From NCBI GenBank assembly GCA_964057225.1, contig OZ059898.1, forward strand, positions 17,236,001 through 17,300,000: 64,000 nucleotides of DNA, written 5' to 3'. A model generated the notes under the pieces. That model was given only the letters and a program-made list of their open reading frames with translations. It was not told the DNA's origin and did no database searches. Both the position numbers and the translations under genes were made by a program. This DNA is from Auanema rhodensis. Lineage: Eukaryota; Animalia; Nematoda. This document shows, piece by piece, positions 25,273-40,700 of this stretch; the stretch's first letter is position 1; each line of letters starts with the position of its first letter.

Positions 25273-28200
25273 GACATCAACTGATATAAGTTCACACTTA
25301 TATCCTCGATTTTCACCCTGAAGAAATAATTTTTTCATTGAATAACATTGTCCATCGTCTTTGCCTTGAAAAAAGGAATCTAAAAACATCTACTTTTTGC
25401 TAAATTATTTTGAAATTTTTCGAAAAAATTTTTGTCAAAATGTTTTTGGAAGCAATGTTGAGTGTACATGGAAACTCAACATACACTAATGCATCATTTT
25501 TCAAACGATCATAACTAATTTTTGTATTAAGCGTTTCTCAATGTAGTATAGTGCATTCGATGCGGATTTTTAAGCTGCGTCGATCTGTGTTATCAGATTT
25601 GCGCTAGCTTAAAAATGCACCGAGACATCAACTGATATAAGTTCACACTTATATCCTCGATTTTCACCCTGAAGAAATAATTTTTTCGTTGAATAACATT
25701 GTCCATCGTCTTTGCCTTGAAAAAAGAAATCTAAAAACATCTACTTTTTGCTAAATTATTTTGAAATTTTTCGAAAAAATTTTTGTCAAAATGTTTTTGG
25801 AAGCAATGTTGAGTGTACATGGAAACTCAACATACACTAATGCATTATTTTTCAAACGATCATAACTAATTTTTGAATTAAGCGTTTCTCAATGTAGTAT
25901 AGTGCATTCGATGCGGATTTTTAAGCTGCGTCGATCTGTGTTATCAGATTTGCGCTAGCTTAAAAATGCACCGAGATATCAACTGATATAAGTTCACACT
26001 TATATTCTCGATTTTCACCCTGAAGAATTAATTTTTTCGTTGAATAACATTGTCCATCGTCTTTGCCTTGAAAAAAGGAATCTAAAAACATTTACTTTTT
26101 GCTAAATTATTCGGAAATTTTTCGAAAAAATTTTTGTCAAAATGTTTTTGGAAGCAATGTTGAGTGTACATGGAAACTCAACATACACTAATGCATCATT
26201 TTTCAAACGATCATAACTAATTTTTGTATTAAGCGTTTCTCAATGTAGTATAGTGCATTCGATGCGGATTTTTAAGCTGCGTCGATCTGTGTTATCAGAT
26301 TTGCGCTAGCTTAAAAATGCACCGAGACATCAACTGATATAAGTTCACACTTATATCCTCGATTTTCACCCTGAAGAAATAATTTTTTCGTTGAATAACA
26401 TTGTCCATCGTGTTTGCCTTGAAAAAAGGAATCTAAAAACATCTACTTTTTGCTAAATTATTTTGAAATTTTTCGAAAAAATTTTTGTCAAAATGTTTTT
26501 GGTAGCAATGTTGAGTGTACATGGAAACTCAACATACACTAATGCATCATTTTTCAAACGATCATAACTAATTTTTGTATTAAGCGTTTCTCAATGTAGT
26601 ATAGTGCATTCGATGCGGATTTTTAAGCTGCGTCGATCTGTGTTATCAGATTTGCGCTAGCTTAAAAATGCACCGAGACATCAACTGATATAAGTTCACA
26701 CTTATATCCTCGATTTTCACCCTGAAGAAATAATTTTTTCGTTGAATAACATTGTCCATCGTCTTTGCCTTGAAAAAAGGAATCTAAAAACATCTACTTT
26801 TTGCTAAATTATTTTGAAATTTTTCGAAAAAATTTTTGTCAAAATGTTTTTGGAAGCAATGTTGAGTGTACATGGAAACTCAACATACACTAATGCATCA
26901 TTTTTCAAACGATCATAACTAATTTTTGTATTAAGCGTTTCTCAATGTAGTATAGTGCATTCGATGCGGATTTTTAAGCTGCGTCGATCTGTGTTATCAG
27001 ATTTGCGCTAGCTTAAAAATGCACCGAGACATCAACTGATATAAGTTCACACTTATATCCTCGATTTTCACCCTGAAGAAATAATTTTTTCGTTGAATAA
27101 CATCGTCCATCGTCTTTGCCTTGAAAAAAGAAATCTAAAAACATCTACTTTTTGCTAAATTATTTTGAAATTTTTCGAAAAAATTTTTGTCAAAATGTTT
27201 TTGGAAGCAATGTTGAGTGTACATGGAAACTCAACATACACTAATGCATCATTAGTCAAACGATCATAACTAATTTTTGTATTGAGCGTTTCTCAATGTA
27301 GTATAGTGCATTCGATGCGGATTTTTAAGCTGCGTCGATCTGTGTTATCAGATTTGCGCTAGCTTAAAAATGCACCGAGACATCAACTGATATAAGTTCA
27401 CACTTATATCCTCGATTTTCACCCTGAAGAAATAATTTTTTCGTTGAATAACATTGTCCATCGTCTTTGCCTTGAAAAAAGGAATCTAAAAACATCTACT
27501 TTTTGCTAAATTATTTTGAAATTTTTCGAAAAAATTTTTGTCAAAATGTTTTTGGAAGCAATGTTGAGTGTACATGGAAACTCAACATACACTAATGCAT
27601 CGTTTTTCAAACGATCATAACTAATTTTTGTATTAAGCGTTTCTCAATGTAGTATAGTGCATTCGATGCGGATTTTTAAGCTGCGTCGATCTGTGTTATC
27701 AGATTTGCGCTAGCTTAAAAATGCACCGAGACATCAACTGATATAAGTTCACACTTATATCCTCGATTTTCACCCTGAAGAAATAATTTTTTCGTTGAAT
27801 AACATTGTCCATCGTCTTTGCCTTGAAAAAAGGAATCTAAAAACATCTACTTTTTGCTAAATTATTTTGAAATTTTTCGAAAAAATTTTTGTCAAAATGT
27901 TTTTGGAAGCAATGTTGAGTGTACATGGAAACTCAACATAGACTAATGCATCATTTTTCAAACGATCATAACTAATTTTTGTATTAAGCGTTTCTCAATG
28001 TAGTATAGTGCATTCGATGCGGCTTTTTAAGCTGCGTCGATCTGTGTTATCAGATTTGCGCTAGCTTAAAAATGCACCGAGATATCAACTGATATAAGTT
28101 CACACTTATATCCTCGATTTTCACCCTGAAAAAATAATTTTTTCGTTGAATAACATAGTCCATCGTCTTTGCCTTGAAAAAAGGAATCTAAAAACATTTA

Positions 28201-31200
28201 CTTTTTGCTAAATTATTCGGAAATTTTTCGAAAAAATTTTTGTCAAAATGTTTTTGGAAGCAATGTTGAGTGTACATGGAAACTCAACATACACTAATGC
28301 ATCATTTTTCAAACGATCATAACTAATTTTTGTATTAAGCGTTTCTCAATGTAGTATAGTGCATTCGATGCGGATTTTTAAGCTGCGTCGATCTGTGTTA
28401 TCAGATTTGCGCTAGCTTAAAAATGCACCGAGACATCAACTGATATAAGTTCACACTTATATCCTCGATTTTCACCCTGAAGAATTAATTTTTTCGTTGA
28501 ATAACATTGTCCATCGTCTTTGCCTTGAAAAAAGGAATCTAAAAACATCTACTTTTTGCTGAATTATTTTGAAATTTTTCGAAAAAATTTTTGTCAAAAT
28601 GTTTTTGGAAGCAATGTTGAGTGTACATGGAAACTCAACATACACTAATGCATCATTTTTCAAACGATCATAACTAATTTTTGTATTAAGCGTTTCTCAA
28701 TGTAGTATAGTGCATTCGATGCGGATTTTTAAGCTGCGTCGATCTGTGTTATCAGATTTGCGCTAGCTTAAAAATGCACCGAGACATCAACTGATATAAG
28801 TTCACACTTATATCCTCGATTTTCACCCTGAAGAAATAATTTTTTCATTGAATAACATTGTCCATCGTCTTTGCCTTGAAAAAAGGAATCTAAAAACATC
28901 TACTTTTTGCTAAATTATTTTGAAATTTTTCGAAAAAATTTTTGTCAAAATGTTTTTGGAAGCAATGTTGAGTGTACATGGAAACTCAACATACACTAAT
29001 GCATCATTTTTCAAACGATCATAACTAATTTTTGTATTAAGCGTTTCTCAATGTAGTATAGTGCATTCGATGCGGATTTTTAAGCTGCGTCGATCTGTGT
29101 TATCAGATTTGCGCTAGCTTAAAAATGCACCGAGACATCAACTGATATAAGTTCACACTTATATCCTCGATTTTCACCCTGAAGAAATAATTTTTTCGTT
29201 GAATAACATTGTCCATCGTCTTTGCCTTGAAAAAAGAAATCTAAAAACATCTACTTTTTGCTAAATTATTTTGAAATTTTTCGAAAAAATTTTTGTCAAA
29301 ATGTTTTTGGAAGCAATGTTGAGTGTACATGGAAACTCAACATACACTAATGCATTATTTTTCAAACGATCATAACTAATTTTTGAATTAAGCGTTTCTC
29401 AATGTAGTATAGTGCATTCGATGCGGATTTTTAAGCTGCGTCGATCTGTGTTATCAGATTTGCGCTAGCTTAAAAATGCACCGAGATATCAACTGATATA
29501 AGTTCACACTTATATTCTCGATTTTCACCCTGAAGAATTAATTTTTTCGTTGAATAACATTGTCCATCGTCTTTGCCTTGAAAAAAGGAATCTAAAAACA
29601 TTTACTTTTTGCTAAATTATTCGGAAATTTTTCGAAAAAATTTTTGTCAAAATGTTTTTGGAAGCAATGTTGAGTGTACATGGAAACTCAACATACACTA
29701 ATGCATCATTTTTCAAACGATCATAACTAATTTTTGTATTAAGCGTTTCTCAATGTAGTATAGTGCATTCGATGCGGATTTTTAAGCTGCGTCGATCTGT
29801 GTTATCAGATTTGCGCTAGCTTAAAAATGCACCGAGACATCAACTGATATAAGTTCACACTTATATCCTCGATTTTCACCCTGAAGAAATAATTTTTTCG
29901 TTGAATAACATTGTCCATCGTGTTTGCCTTGAAAAAAGGAATCTAAAAACATCTACTTTTTGCTAAATTATTTTGAAATTTTTCGAAAAAATTTTTGTCA
30001 AAATGTTTTTGGTAGCAATGTTGAGTGTACATGGAAACTCAACATACACTAATGCATCATTTTTCAAACGATCATAACTAATTTTTGTATTAAGCGTTTC
30101 TCAATGTAGTATAGTGCATTCGATGCGGATTTTTAAGCTGCGTCGATCTGTGTTATCAGATTTGCGCTAGCTTAAAAATGCACCGAGACATCAACTGATA
30201 TAAGTTCACACTTATATCCTCGATTTTCACCCTGAAGAAATAATTTTTTCGTTGAATAACATTGTCCATCGTCTTTGCCTTGAAAAAAGGAATCTAAAAA
30301 CATCTACTTTTTGCTAAATTATTTTGAAATTTTTCGAAAAAATTTTTGTCAAAATGTTTTTGGAAGCAATGTTGAGTGTACATGGAAACTCAACATACAC
30401 TAATGCATCATTTTTCAAACGATCATAACTAATTTTTGTATTAAGCGTTTCTCAATGTAGTATAGTGCATTCGATGCGGATTTTTAAGCTGCGTCGATCT
30501 GTGTTATCAGATTTGCGCTAGCTTAAAAATGCACCGAGACATCAACTGATATAAGTTCACACTTATATCCTCGATTTTCACCCTGAAGAAATAATTTTTT
30601 CGTTGAATAACATTGTCCATCGTCTTTGCCTTGAAAAAAGGAATCTAAAAACATCTACTTTTTGCTAAATTATTCGGAAATTTTTCGAAAAAATTTTTGT
30701 CAAAATGTTTTTGGAAGCAATGTTGAGTGTACATGGAAACTCAACATACACTAATGCATCATTTTTCAAACGATCATAACTAATTTTTGTATTAAGCGTT
30801 TCTCAATGTAGTATAGTGCATTCGATGCGGATTTTTAAGCTGCGTCGATCTGTGTTATCAGATTTGCGCTAGCTTAAAAATGCACCGAGACATCAACTGA
30901 TATAAGTTCACACTTATATCCTCGATTTTCACCCTGAAGAAATAATTTTTTCGTTGAATAACATTGTCCATCGTCTTTGCCTTGAAAAAAGGAATCTAAA
31001 AACATCTACTTTTTGCTAAATTATTTTGAAATTTTTCGAAAAAATTTTTGTCAAAATGTTTTTGGAAGCAATGTTGAGTGTACATGGAAACTCAACATAG
31101 ACTAATGCATCATTTTTCAAACGATCATAACTAATTTTTGTATTAAGCGTTTCTCAATGTAGTATAGTGCATTCGATGCGGCTTTTTAAGCTGCGTCGAT

Positions 31201-34200
31201 CTGTGTTATCAGATTTGCGCTAGCTTAAAAATGCACCGAGATATCAACTGATATAAGTTCACACTTATATCCTCGATTTTCACCCTGAAAAAATAATTTT
31301 TTCGTTGAATAACATAGTCCATCGTCTTTGCCTTGAAAAAAGGAATCTAAAAACATTTACTTTTTGCTAAATTATTCGGAAATTTTTCGAAAAAATTTTT
31401 GTCAAAATGTTTTTGGAAGCAATGTTGAGTGTACATGGAAACTCAACATACACTAATGCATCATTTTTCAAACGATCATAACTAATTTTTGTATTAAGCG
31501 TTTCTCAATGTAGTATAGTGCATTCGATGCGGATTTTTAAGCTGCGTCGATCTGTGTTATCAGATTTGCGCTAGCTTAAAAATGCACCGAGACATCAACT
31601 GATATAAGTTCACACTTATATCCTCGATTTTCACCCTGAAGAATTAATTTTTTCGTTGAATAACATTGTCCATCGTCTTTGCCTTGAAAAAAGGAATCTA
31701 AAAACATCTACTTTTTGCTGAATTATTTTGAAATTTTTCGAAAAAATTTTTGTCAAAATGTTTTTGGAAGCAATGTTGAGTGTACATGGAAACTCAACAT
31801 ACACTAATGCATCATTTTTCAAACGATCATAACTAATTTTTGTATTAAGCGTTTCTCAATGTAGTATAGTGCATTCGATGCGGATTTTTAAGCTGCGTCG
31901 ATCTGTGTTATCAGATTTGCGCTAGCTTAAAAATGCACCGAGACATCAACTGATATAAGTTCACACTTATATCCTCGATTTTCACCCTGAAGAAATAATT
32001 TTTTCATTGAATAACATTGTCCATCGTCTTTGCCTTGAAAAAAGGAATCTAAAAACATCTACTTTTTGCTAAATTATTTTGAAATTTTTCGAAAAAATTT
32101 TTGTCAAAATGTTTTTGGAAGCAATGTTGAGTGTACATGGAAACTCAACATACACTAATGCATCATTTTTCAAACGATCATAACTAATTTTTGTATTAAG
32201 CGTTTCTCAATGTAGTATAGTGCATTCGATGCGGATTTTTAAGCTGCGTCGATCTGTGTTATCAGATTTGCGCTAGCTTAAAAATGCACCGAGACATCAA
32301 CTGATATAAGTTCACACTTATATCCTCGATTTTCACCCTGAAGAAATAATTTTTTCGTTGAATAACATTGTCCATCGTCTTTGCCTTGAAAAAAGAAATC
32401 TAAAAACATCTACTTTTTGCTAAATTATTTTGAAATTTTTCGAAAAAATTTTTGTCAAAATGTTTTTGGAAGCAATGTTGAGTGTACATGGAAACTCAAC
32501 ATACACTAATGCATTATTTTTCAAACGATCATAACTAATTTTTGAATTAAGCGTTTCTCAATGTAGTATAGTGCATTCGATGCGGATTTTTAAGCTGCGT
32601 CGATCTGTGTTATCAGATTTGCGCTAGCTTAAAAATGCACCGAGATATCAACTGATATAAGTTCACACTTATATTCTCGATTTTCACCCTGAAGAATTAA
32701 TTTTTTCGTTGAATAACATTGTCCATCGTCTTTGCCTTGAAAAAAGGAATCTAAAAACATTTACTTTTTGCTAAATTATTCGGAAATTTTTCGAAAAAAT
32801 TTTTGTCAAAATGTTTTTGGAAGCAATGTTGAGTGTACATGGAAACTCAACATACACTAATGCATCATTTTTCAAACGATCATAACTAATTTTTGTATTA
32901 AGCGTTTCTCAATGTAGTATAGTGCATTCGATGCGGATTTTTAAGCTGCGTCGATCTGTGTTATCAGATTTGCGCTAGCTTAAAAATGCACCGAGACATC
33001 AACTGATATAAGTTCACACTTATATCCTCGATTTTCACCCTGAAGAAATAATTTTTTCGTTGAATAACATTGTCCATCGTGTTTGCCTTGAAAAAAGGAA
33101 TCTAAAAACATCTACTTTTTGCTAAATTATTTTGAAATTTTTCGAAAAAATTTTTGTCAAAATGTTTTTGGTAGCAATGTTGAGTGTACATGGAAACTCA
33201 ACATACACTAATGCATCATTTTTCAAACGATCATAACTAATTTTTGTATTAAGCGTTTCTCAATGTAGTATAGTGCATTCGATGCGGATTTTTAAGCTGC
33301 GTCGATCTGTGTTATCAGATTTGCGCTAGCTTAAAAATGCACCGAGACATCAACTGATATAAGTTCACACTTATATCCTCGATTTTCACCCTGAAGAAAT
33401 AATTTTTTCGTTGAATAACATTGTCCATCGTCTTTGCCTTGAAAAAAGGAATCTAAAAACATCTACTTTTTGCTAAATTATTTTGAAATTTTTCGAAAAA
33501 ATTTTTGTCAAAATGTTTTTGGAAGCAATGTTGAGTGTACATGGAAACTCAACATACACTAATGCATCATTTTTCAAACGATCATAACTAATTTTTGTAT
33601 TAAGCGTTTCTCAATGTAGTATAGTGCATTCGATGCGGATTTTTAAGCTGCGTCGATCTGTGTTATCAGATTTGCGCTAGCTTAAAAATGCACCGAGACA
33701 TCAACTGATATAAGTTCACACTTATATCCTCGATTTTCACCCTGAAGAAATAATTTTTTCGTTGAATAACATCGTCCATCGTCTTTGCCTTGAAAAAAGA
33801 AATCTAAAAACATCTACTTTTTGCTGAATTATTTTGAAATTTTTCGAAAAAATTTTTGTCAAAATGTTTTTGGAAGCAATGTTGAGTGTACATGGAAACT
33901 CAACATACACTAATGCATCATTAGTCAAACGATCATAACTAATTTTTGTATTGAGCGTTTCTCAATGTAGTATAGTGCATTCGATGCGGATTTTTAAGCT
34001 GCGTCGATCTGTGTTATCAGATTTGCGCTAGCTTAAAAATGCACCGAGACATCAACTGATATAAGTTCACACTTATATCCTCGATTTTCACCCTGAAGAA
34101 ATAATTTTTTCGTTGAATAACATTGTCCATCGTCTTTGCCTTGAAAAAAGGAATCTAAAAACATCTACTTTTTGCTAAATTATTTTGAAATTTTTCGAAA

Positions 34201-34750
34201 AAATTTTTGTCAAAATGTTTTTGGAAGCAATGTTGAGTGTACATGGAAACTCAACATACACTAATGCATCGTTTTTCAAACGATCATAACTAATTTTTGT
34301 ATTAAGCGTTTCTCAATGTAGTATAGTGCATTCGATGCGGATTTTTAAGCTGCGTCGATCTGTGTTATCAGATTTGCGCTAGCTTAAAAATGCACCGAGA
34401 CATCAACTGATATAAGTTCACACTTATATCCTCGATTTTCACCCTGAAGAAATAATTTTTTCGTTGAATAACATTGTCCATCGTCTTTGCCTTGAAAAAA
34501 GGAATCTAAAAACATCTACTTTTTGCTAAATTATTTTGAAATTTTTCGAAAAAATTTTTGTCAAAATGTTTTTGGAAGCAATGTTGAGTGTACATGGAAA
34601 CTCAACATAGACTAATGCATCATTTTTCAAACGATCATAACTAATTTTTGTATTAAGCGTTTCTCAATGTAGTATAGTGCATTCGATGTGGATTTTTAAG
34701 CTGCGTCGATCTGTGTTATCAGATTTGCGCTAGCTTAAAAATGCACCGAG
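25273..34750. repeat. Nested 10-, 9- and 19-monomer duplications
   Basis: TTTTCATTG occurs in M73, M83 and M92. A130G ORFs at 28472 and 31631 are 3159 bp apart. Private CATCGTTTTTC at 27602 and 34271 is 6669 bp (19x351) apart. Confidence 0.8.
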
Positions 34751-37700
34751 ACATCAACTGATATAAGTTCACACTTATATCTTCGATTTTCACCCTGAAG
34801 AAATAATTTTTTCGTTGAATAACATCGTCCATCGTCTTTGCCTTGAAAAAAGAAATCTAAAAACATCTACTTTTTGCTAAATTATTTTGAAATTTTTCGA
34901 AAAAATTTTTGTCAAAATGTTTTTGGAAGCAATGTTGAGTGTACATGGAAACTCAACATACACTAATGCATCATTAGTCAAACGATCATAACTAATTTTT
35001 GTATTAAGCGTTTCTCAATGTAGTATAGTGCATTCGATGCGGCTTTTTAAGCTGCGTCGATCTGTGTTATCAGATTTGCGCTAGCTTAAAAATGCACCGA
35101 GATATCAACTGATATAAGTTCACACTTATATCCTCGATTTTCACCCTGAAAAAATAATTTTTTCGTTGAATAACATAGTCCATCGTCTTTGCCTTGAAAA
35201 AAGGAATCTAAAAACATCTACTTTTTGCTAAATTATTTTGAAATTCTTCGAAAAAATTTTTGTCAAAATGTTTTTGGAAGCAATGTTGAGTGTACATGGA
35301 AACTCAACATACACTAATGCATCATTTTTCAAACGATCATAACTAATTTTTGTATTAAGCGTTTCTCAATGTAGTATAGTGCATTCGATGCGGCTTTTTA
35401 AGCTGCGTCGATCTGTGTTATCAGATTTGCGCTAGCTTAAAAATGCACCGAGATATCAACTGATATAAGTTCACACTTATATCCTCGATTTTCACCCTGA
35501 AAAAATAATTTTTTCGTTGAATAACATAGTCCATCGTCTTTGCCTTGAAAAAAGGAATCTAAAAACATCTACTTTTTGCTAAATTATTTTGAAATTCTTC
35601 GAAAAAATTTTTGTCAAAATGTTTTTGGAAGCAATGTTGAGTGTACATGGAAACTCAACATACACTAATGCATCATTTTTCAAACGATCATAACTAATTT
35701 TTGTATTAAGCGTTTCTCAATGTAGTATAGTGCATTCGATGCGGATTTTTAAGCTGCGTCGATCTGTGTTATCAGATTTGCGCTAGCTTAAAAATGCACC
35801 GAGATATCAACTGATATAAGTTCACACTTATATCCTCGATTTTCACCCTGAAGAATTAATTTTTTCGTTGAATAACATTGTCCATCGTCTTTGCCTTGAA
35901 AAAAGGAATCTAAAAACATTTACTTTTTGCTAAATTATTTTGAAATTTTTCGAAAAAATTTTTGTCAAAATGTTTTTGGAAGCAATGTTGAGTGTACATG
36001 GAAACTCAACATACACTAATGCATCATTTTTCAAACGATCATAACTAATTTTTGTATTAAGCGTTTCTCAATGTAGTATAGTGCATTCGATGCGGATTTT
36101 TAAGCTGCGTCGATCTGTGTTATCAGATTGGCGCTAGCTTAAAAATGCACCGAGATATCAACTGATATAAGTTCACACTTATATCCTCGATTTTCACCCT
36201 GAAGAATTAATTTTTTCGTTGAATAACATTGTCCATCGTCTTTGCCTTGAAAAAAGGAATCTAAAAACATCTACTTTTTGCTAAATTATTTTGAAATTTT
36301 TCGAAAAAATTTTTGTCAAAATGTTTTTGGAAGCAATGTTGAGTGAACATGGAAACTCGACATACACTAATGCATCATTTTTCAAACAATCATAACTAAT
36401 TTTTGTATTAAGCGTTTCTCAATGTAGTATAGTGCATTTGATGCGGATTTTTAAGCTGCGTCGATCTGTGTTATCAGATTTGCGCTAGTTTAAAAATGCA
36501 CCGAGATATCAACTGATATAAGTTCACACTTATATCCTCGATTTTCACCCTGAAGAAATAATTTTTTCGTTGAATAACATTGTCCATCGTGTTTGCCTTG
36601 AAAAAAGGAATCTAAAAACATCTACTTTTTGCTAAATTATTTTGAAATTTTTCGAAAAAATTTTTGTCAAAATGTTTTTGGAAGCAATGTTGAGTGTACA
36701 TGGAAACTCAACATACACTAATGCATTATTTTTCAAACGATCATAACTAATTTTAGTATTACGCGTTTCTCAATGTAGTATAGTGCATTCGATGCGGATT
36801 TTTAAGCTGCGTCGATCTGTGTTATCAGATTTGCGCTAGCTTAAAAATGCACCGAGACATCAACTGATATAAGTTCACACTTATATCCTCGATTTTCACC
36901 CTGAAGAAATAATTTTTTCGTTGAATAACATTGTCCATCGTCTTTGCCTTGAAAAAAGGAATCTAAAAACATCTACTTTTTGCTAAATTATTTTGAAATT
37001 TTTCGAAAAAATTTTTGTCAAAATGTTTTTGGAAGCAATGTTGAGTGTACATGGAAACTCAACATACACTAATGCATTATTTTTCAAACGATCATAACTA
37101 ATTTTTGTATTAAGCGTTTCTCAATGTAGTATATTGCATTCGATGCGGATTTTTAAGCTGCGTCGATCTGTGTTATCAGATTTGCGCTAGCTTAAAAATG
37201 CACCGAAATATCAACTGATATAAGTTCACACTTATATCCTCGATTTTCACCCTGAAGAATTAATTTTTTTCGTTGAATAACATTGTCCATCGTCTTTGCC
37301 TTGAAAAAAGGAATCTAAAAACATCTAATTTTTGCTAAATTATTCTGAAATTTTTCGAAAAAATTTTTGTCAAAATGTTTTTGGAAGCAATGTTGAGTGT
37401 ACATGGAAACTCAACATACACTAATGCATCATTTTTCAAACGATCATAACTAATTTTTGTATTAAGCGTTTCTCAATGTAGTATAGTGCATTCGATGCGG
37501 ATTTTTAAGCTGCGTCGATCTGTGTTATCAGATTTGCGCTAGCTTAAAAATGCACCGAGACATCAACTGATATAAGTTCACACTTATATCCTCGATTTTC
37601 ACCCTGAAGAAATAATTTTTTCGTTGAATAACATTGTCCATCGTCTTTGCCTTGAAAAAAGGAATCTAAAAACATCTACTTTTTGCTAAATTATTTTGAA

Positions 37701-40700
37701 ATTTTTCGAAAAAATTTTTGTCAAAATGTTTTTGGAAGCAATGTTGAGTGTACATGGAAACTCAACATACACTAATGCATCATTTTTCAAACGATCATAA
37801 CTAATTTTTGTATTAAGCGTTTCTCAATGTAGTATAGTGCATTCGATGCGGATTTTTAAGCTGCGTCGATCTGCGTTATCAGATTTGCGCTAGCTTAAAA
37901 ATGCACCGAGACATCAACTGATATAAGTTCACACTTATATCCTCGATTTTCACCCTGAAGAAATAATTTTTTCGTTGAATAACATTGTCCATCGTCTTTG
38001 CCTTGAAAAAAGAAATCTAAAAACATCTACTTTTTGCTAAATTATCTTGAAATTTTTCGAAAAAATTTTTGTCAAAATGTTTTTGGAAGCAATGTTGAGT
38101 GTACATGGAAACTCAACATACACTAATGCATCATTTTTCAAACGATCATAACTAATTTTTGTATTAAGCGTTTCTCAATGTAGTATAGTGCATTCGATGC
38201 GGATTTTTAAGCTGCGTCGATCTGTGTTATCAGATTTGCGCTAGCTTAAAAATGCACCGAGATATCAACTGATATAAGTTCACACTTATATCCTCGATTT
38301 TCACCCTGAAGAATTAATTTTTTTCGTTGAATAACATTGTCCATCGTCTTTGCCTTGAAAAAAGGAATCTAAAAACATCTAATTTTTGCTAAATTATTCT
38401 GAAATTTTTCGAAAAAATTTTTGTCAAAATGTTTTTGGAAGCAATGTTGAGTGTACATGGAAACTCAACATACACTAATGCATCATTTTTCAAACGATCA
38501 TAACTAATTTTTGTATTAAGCGTTTCTCAATGTAGTATAGTGCATTCGATGCGGATTTTTAAGCTGCGTCGATCTGTGTTATCAGATTTGCGCTAGCTTA
38601 AAAATGCACCGAGACATCAACTGATATAAGTTCACACTTATATCCTCGATTTTCACCCTGAAGAAATAATTTTTTCGTTGAATAACATTGTCCATCGTCT
38701 TTGCCTTGAAAAAAGGAATCTAAAAACATCTACTTTTTGCTAAATTATTTTGAAATTTTTCGAAAAAATTTTTGTCAAAATGTTTTTGGAAGCAATGTTG
38801 AGTGTACATGGAAACTCAACATACACTAATGCATCATTTTTCAAACGATCATAACTTATTTTTGTATTAAGCGTTTCTCAATGTAGTATAGTGCATTCGA
38901 TGCGGATTTTTAAGCTGCGTCGATCTGTGTTATCAGATTTGCGCTAGCTTAAAAATGCACCGAGATATCAACTGATATAAGTTCACACTTATATCCTCGA
39001 TTTTCACCCTGAAGATTTAAATTTTTCCTTGAATAACATTGTCCATCGTCTTTGCCTTGAAAAAAGGAATCTAAAAACATTTACTTTTTGCTAAATTATT
39101 TTGAAATTTTTCGAAAAAATTTTTGTCAAAATGTTTTTGGAAGCAATGTTGAGTGTACATGGAAACTCAACATACACTAATGCATCATTTTTCAAACGAT
39201 CATAACTAATTTTTGTATTAAGCGTTTCTCAATGTAGTATAGTGCATTCGATGCGGATTTTTAAGCTGCGTCGATCTGTGTTATCAGATTTGCGCTAGCT
39301 TAAAAATGCACCGAGACATCAACTGATATAAGTTCACACTTATATCCTCGATTTTCACCCTGAAGAATTAATTTTTTCGTTGAATAACATTGTCCATCGT
39401 CTTTGCCTTGAAAAAAGGAATCTAAAAACATCTAATTTTTGCTAAATTATTCTGAAATTTTTCGAAAAAATTTTTGTCAAAATGTTTTTGGAAGCAATGT
39501 TGAGTGTACATGGAAACTCAACATACACTAATGCACCATTTTTCAAACGATCATAACTAATTTTTGTATTAAGCGTTTCTCAATGTAGTATAGTGCATTC
39601 GATGCGGATTTTTAAGCTGCGTCGATCTGTGTTATCAGATTTGCGCTAGCTTAAAAATGCACCGAGATATCAACTGATATAAGTTCACACTTATATCCTC
39701 GATTTTCACCCTGAAGAATTAATTTTTTCGTTGAATAACATTGTCCATCGTCTTTGCCTTGAAAAAAGGAATCTAAAAACATTTACTTTTTGCTAAATTA
39801 TTCTGAAATTTTTCGAAAAAATTTTTGTCAAAATGTTTTTGGAAGCAATGTTGAGTGTACATGGAAACTCAACATACACTAATGCATCATTTTTCAAACG
39901 ATCATAACTAATTTTTGTATTAAGCGTTTCTCAATGTAGTATAGTGCATTCGATGCGGATTTTTAAGCTGCGTCGATCTGTGTTATCAGATTTGCGCTAG
40001 CTTAAAAATGCACCGAGACATCAACTGATATAAGTTCACACTTATATTCTCGATTTTCACCCTGAAGAATTAATTTTTTCGTTGAATAACATTGTCCATC
40101 GTGTTTGCCTTGAAAAAAGGAATCTAAAAACATCTACTTTTTGCTAAATTATTCTGAAATTTTTCGAAAAAATTTTTGTCAAAATGTTTTTGGAAGCAAT
40201 GTTGAGTGTACATGGAAACTCAACATACACTAATGCATCATTTTTCAAACGATCATAACTAATTTTTGTATTAAGCGTTTCTCAATGTAGTATAGTGCAT
40301 TCGATGCGGATTTTTAAGCTGCGTCGATCTGTGTTATCAGATTTGCGCTAGCTTAAAAATGCACCGAGACATCAACTGATATAAGTTCACACTTATATCC
40401 TCGATTTTCACCCTGAAGAAATAATTTTTTCGTTGAATAACATTGTCCATCGTCTTTGCCTTGAAAAAAGGAATCTAAAAACATCTACTTTTTGCTAAAT
40501 TATTTTGAAATTTTTCGAAAAAATTTTTGTCAAAATGTTTTTGGAAGCAATGTTGAGTGTACATGGAAACTCAACATACACTAATGCATCATTTTTCAAA
40601 CGATCATAACTAATTTTTGTATTAAGCGTTTCTCAATGTAGTATAGTGCATTCGATGCGGATTTGTAAGCTGCGTCGATCTGTGTTATCAGATTTGCGCT

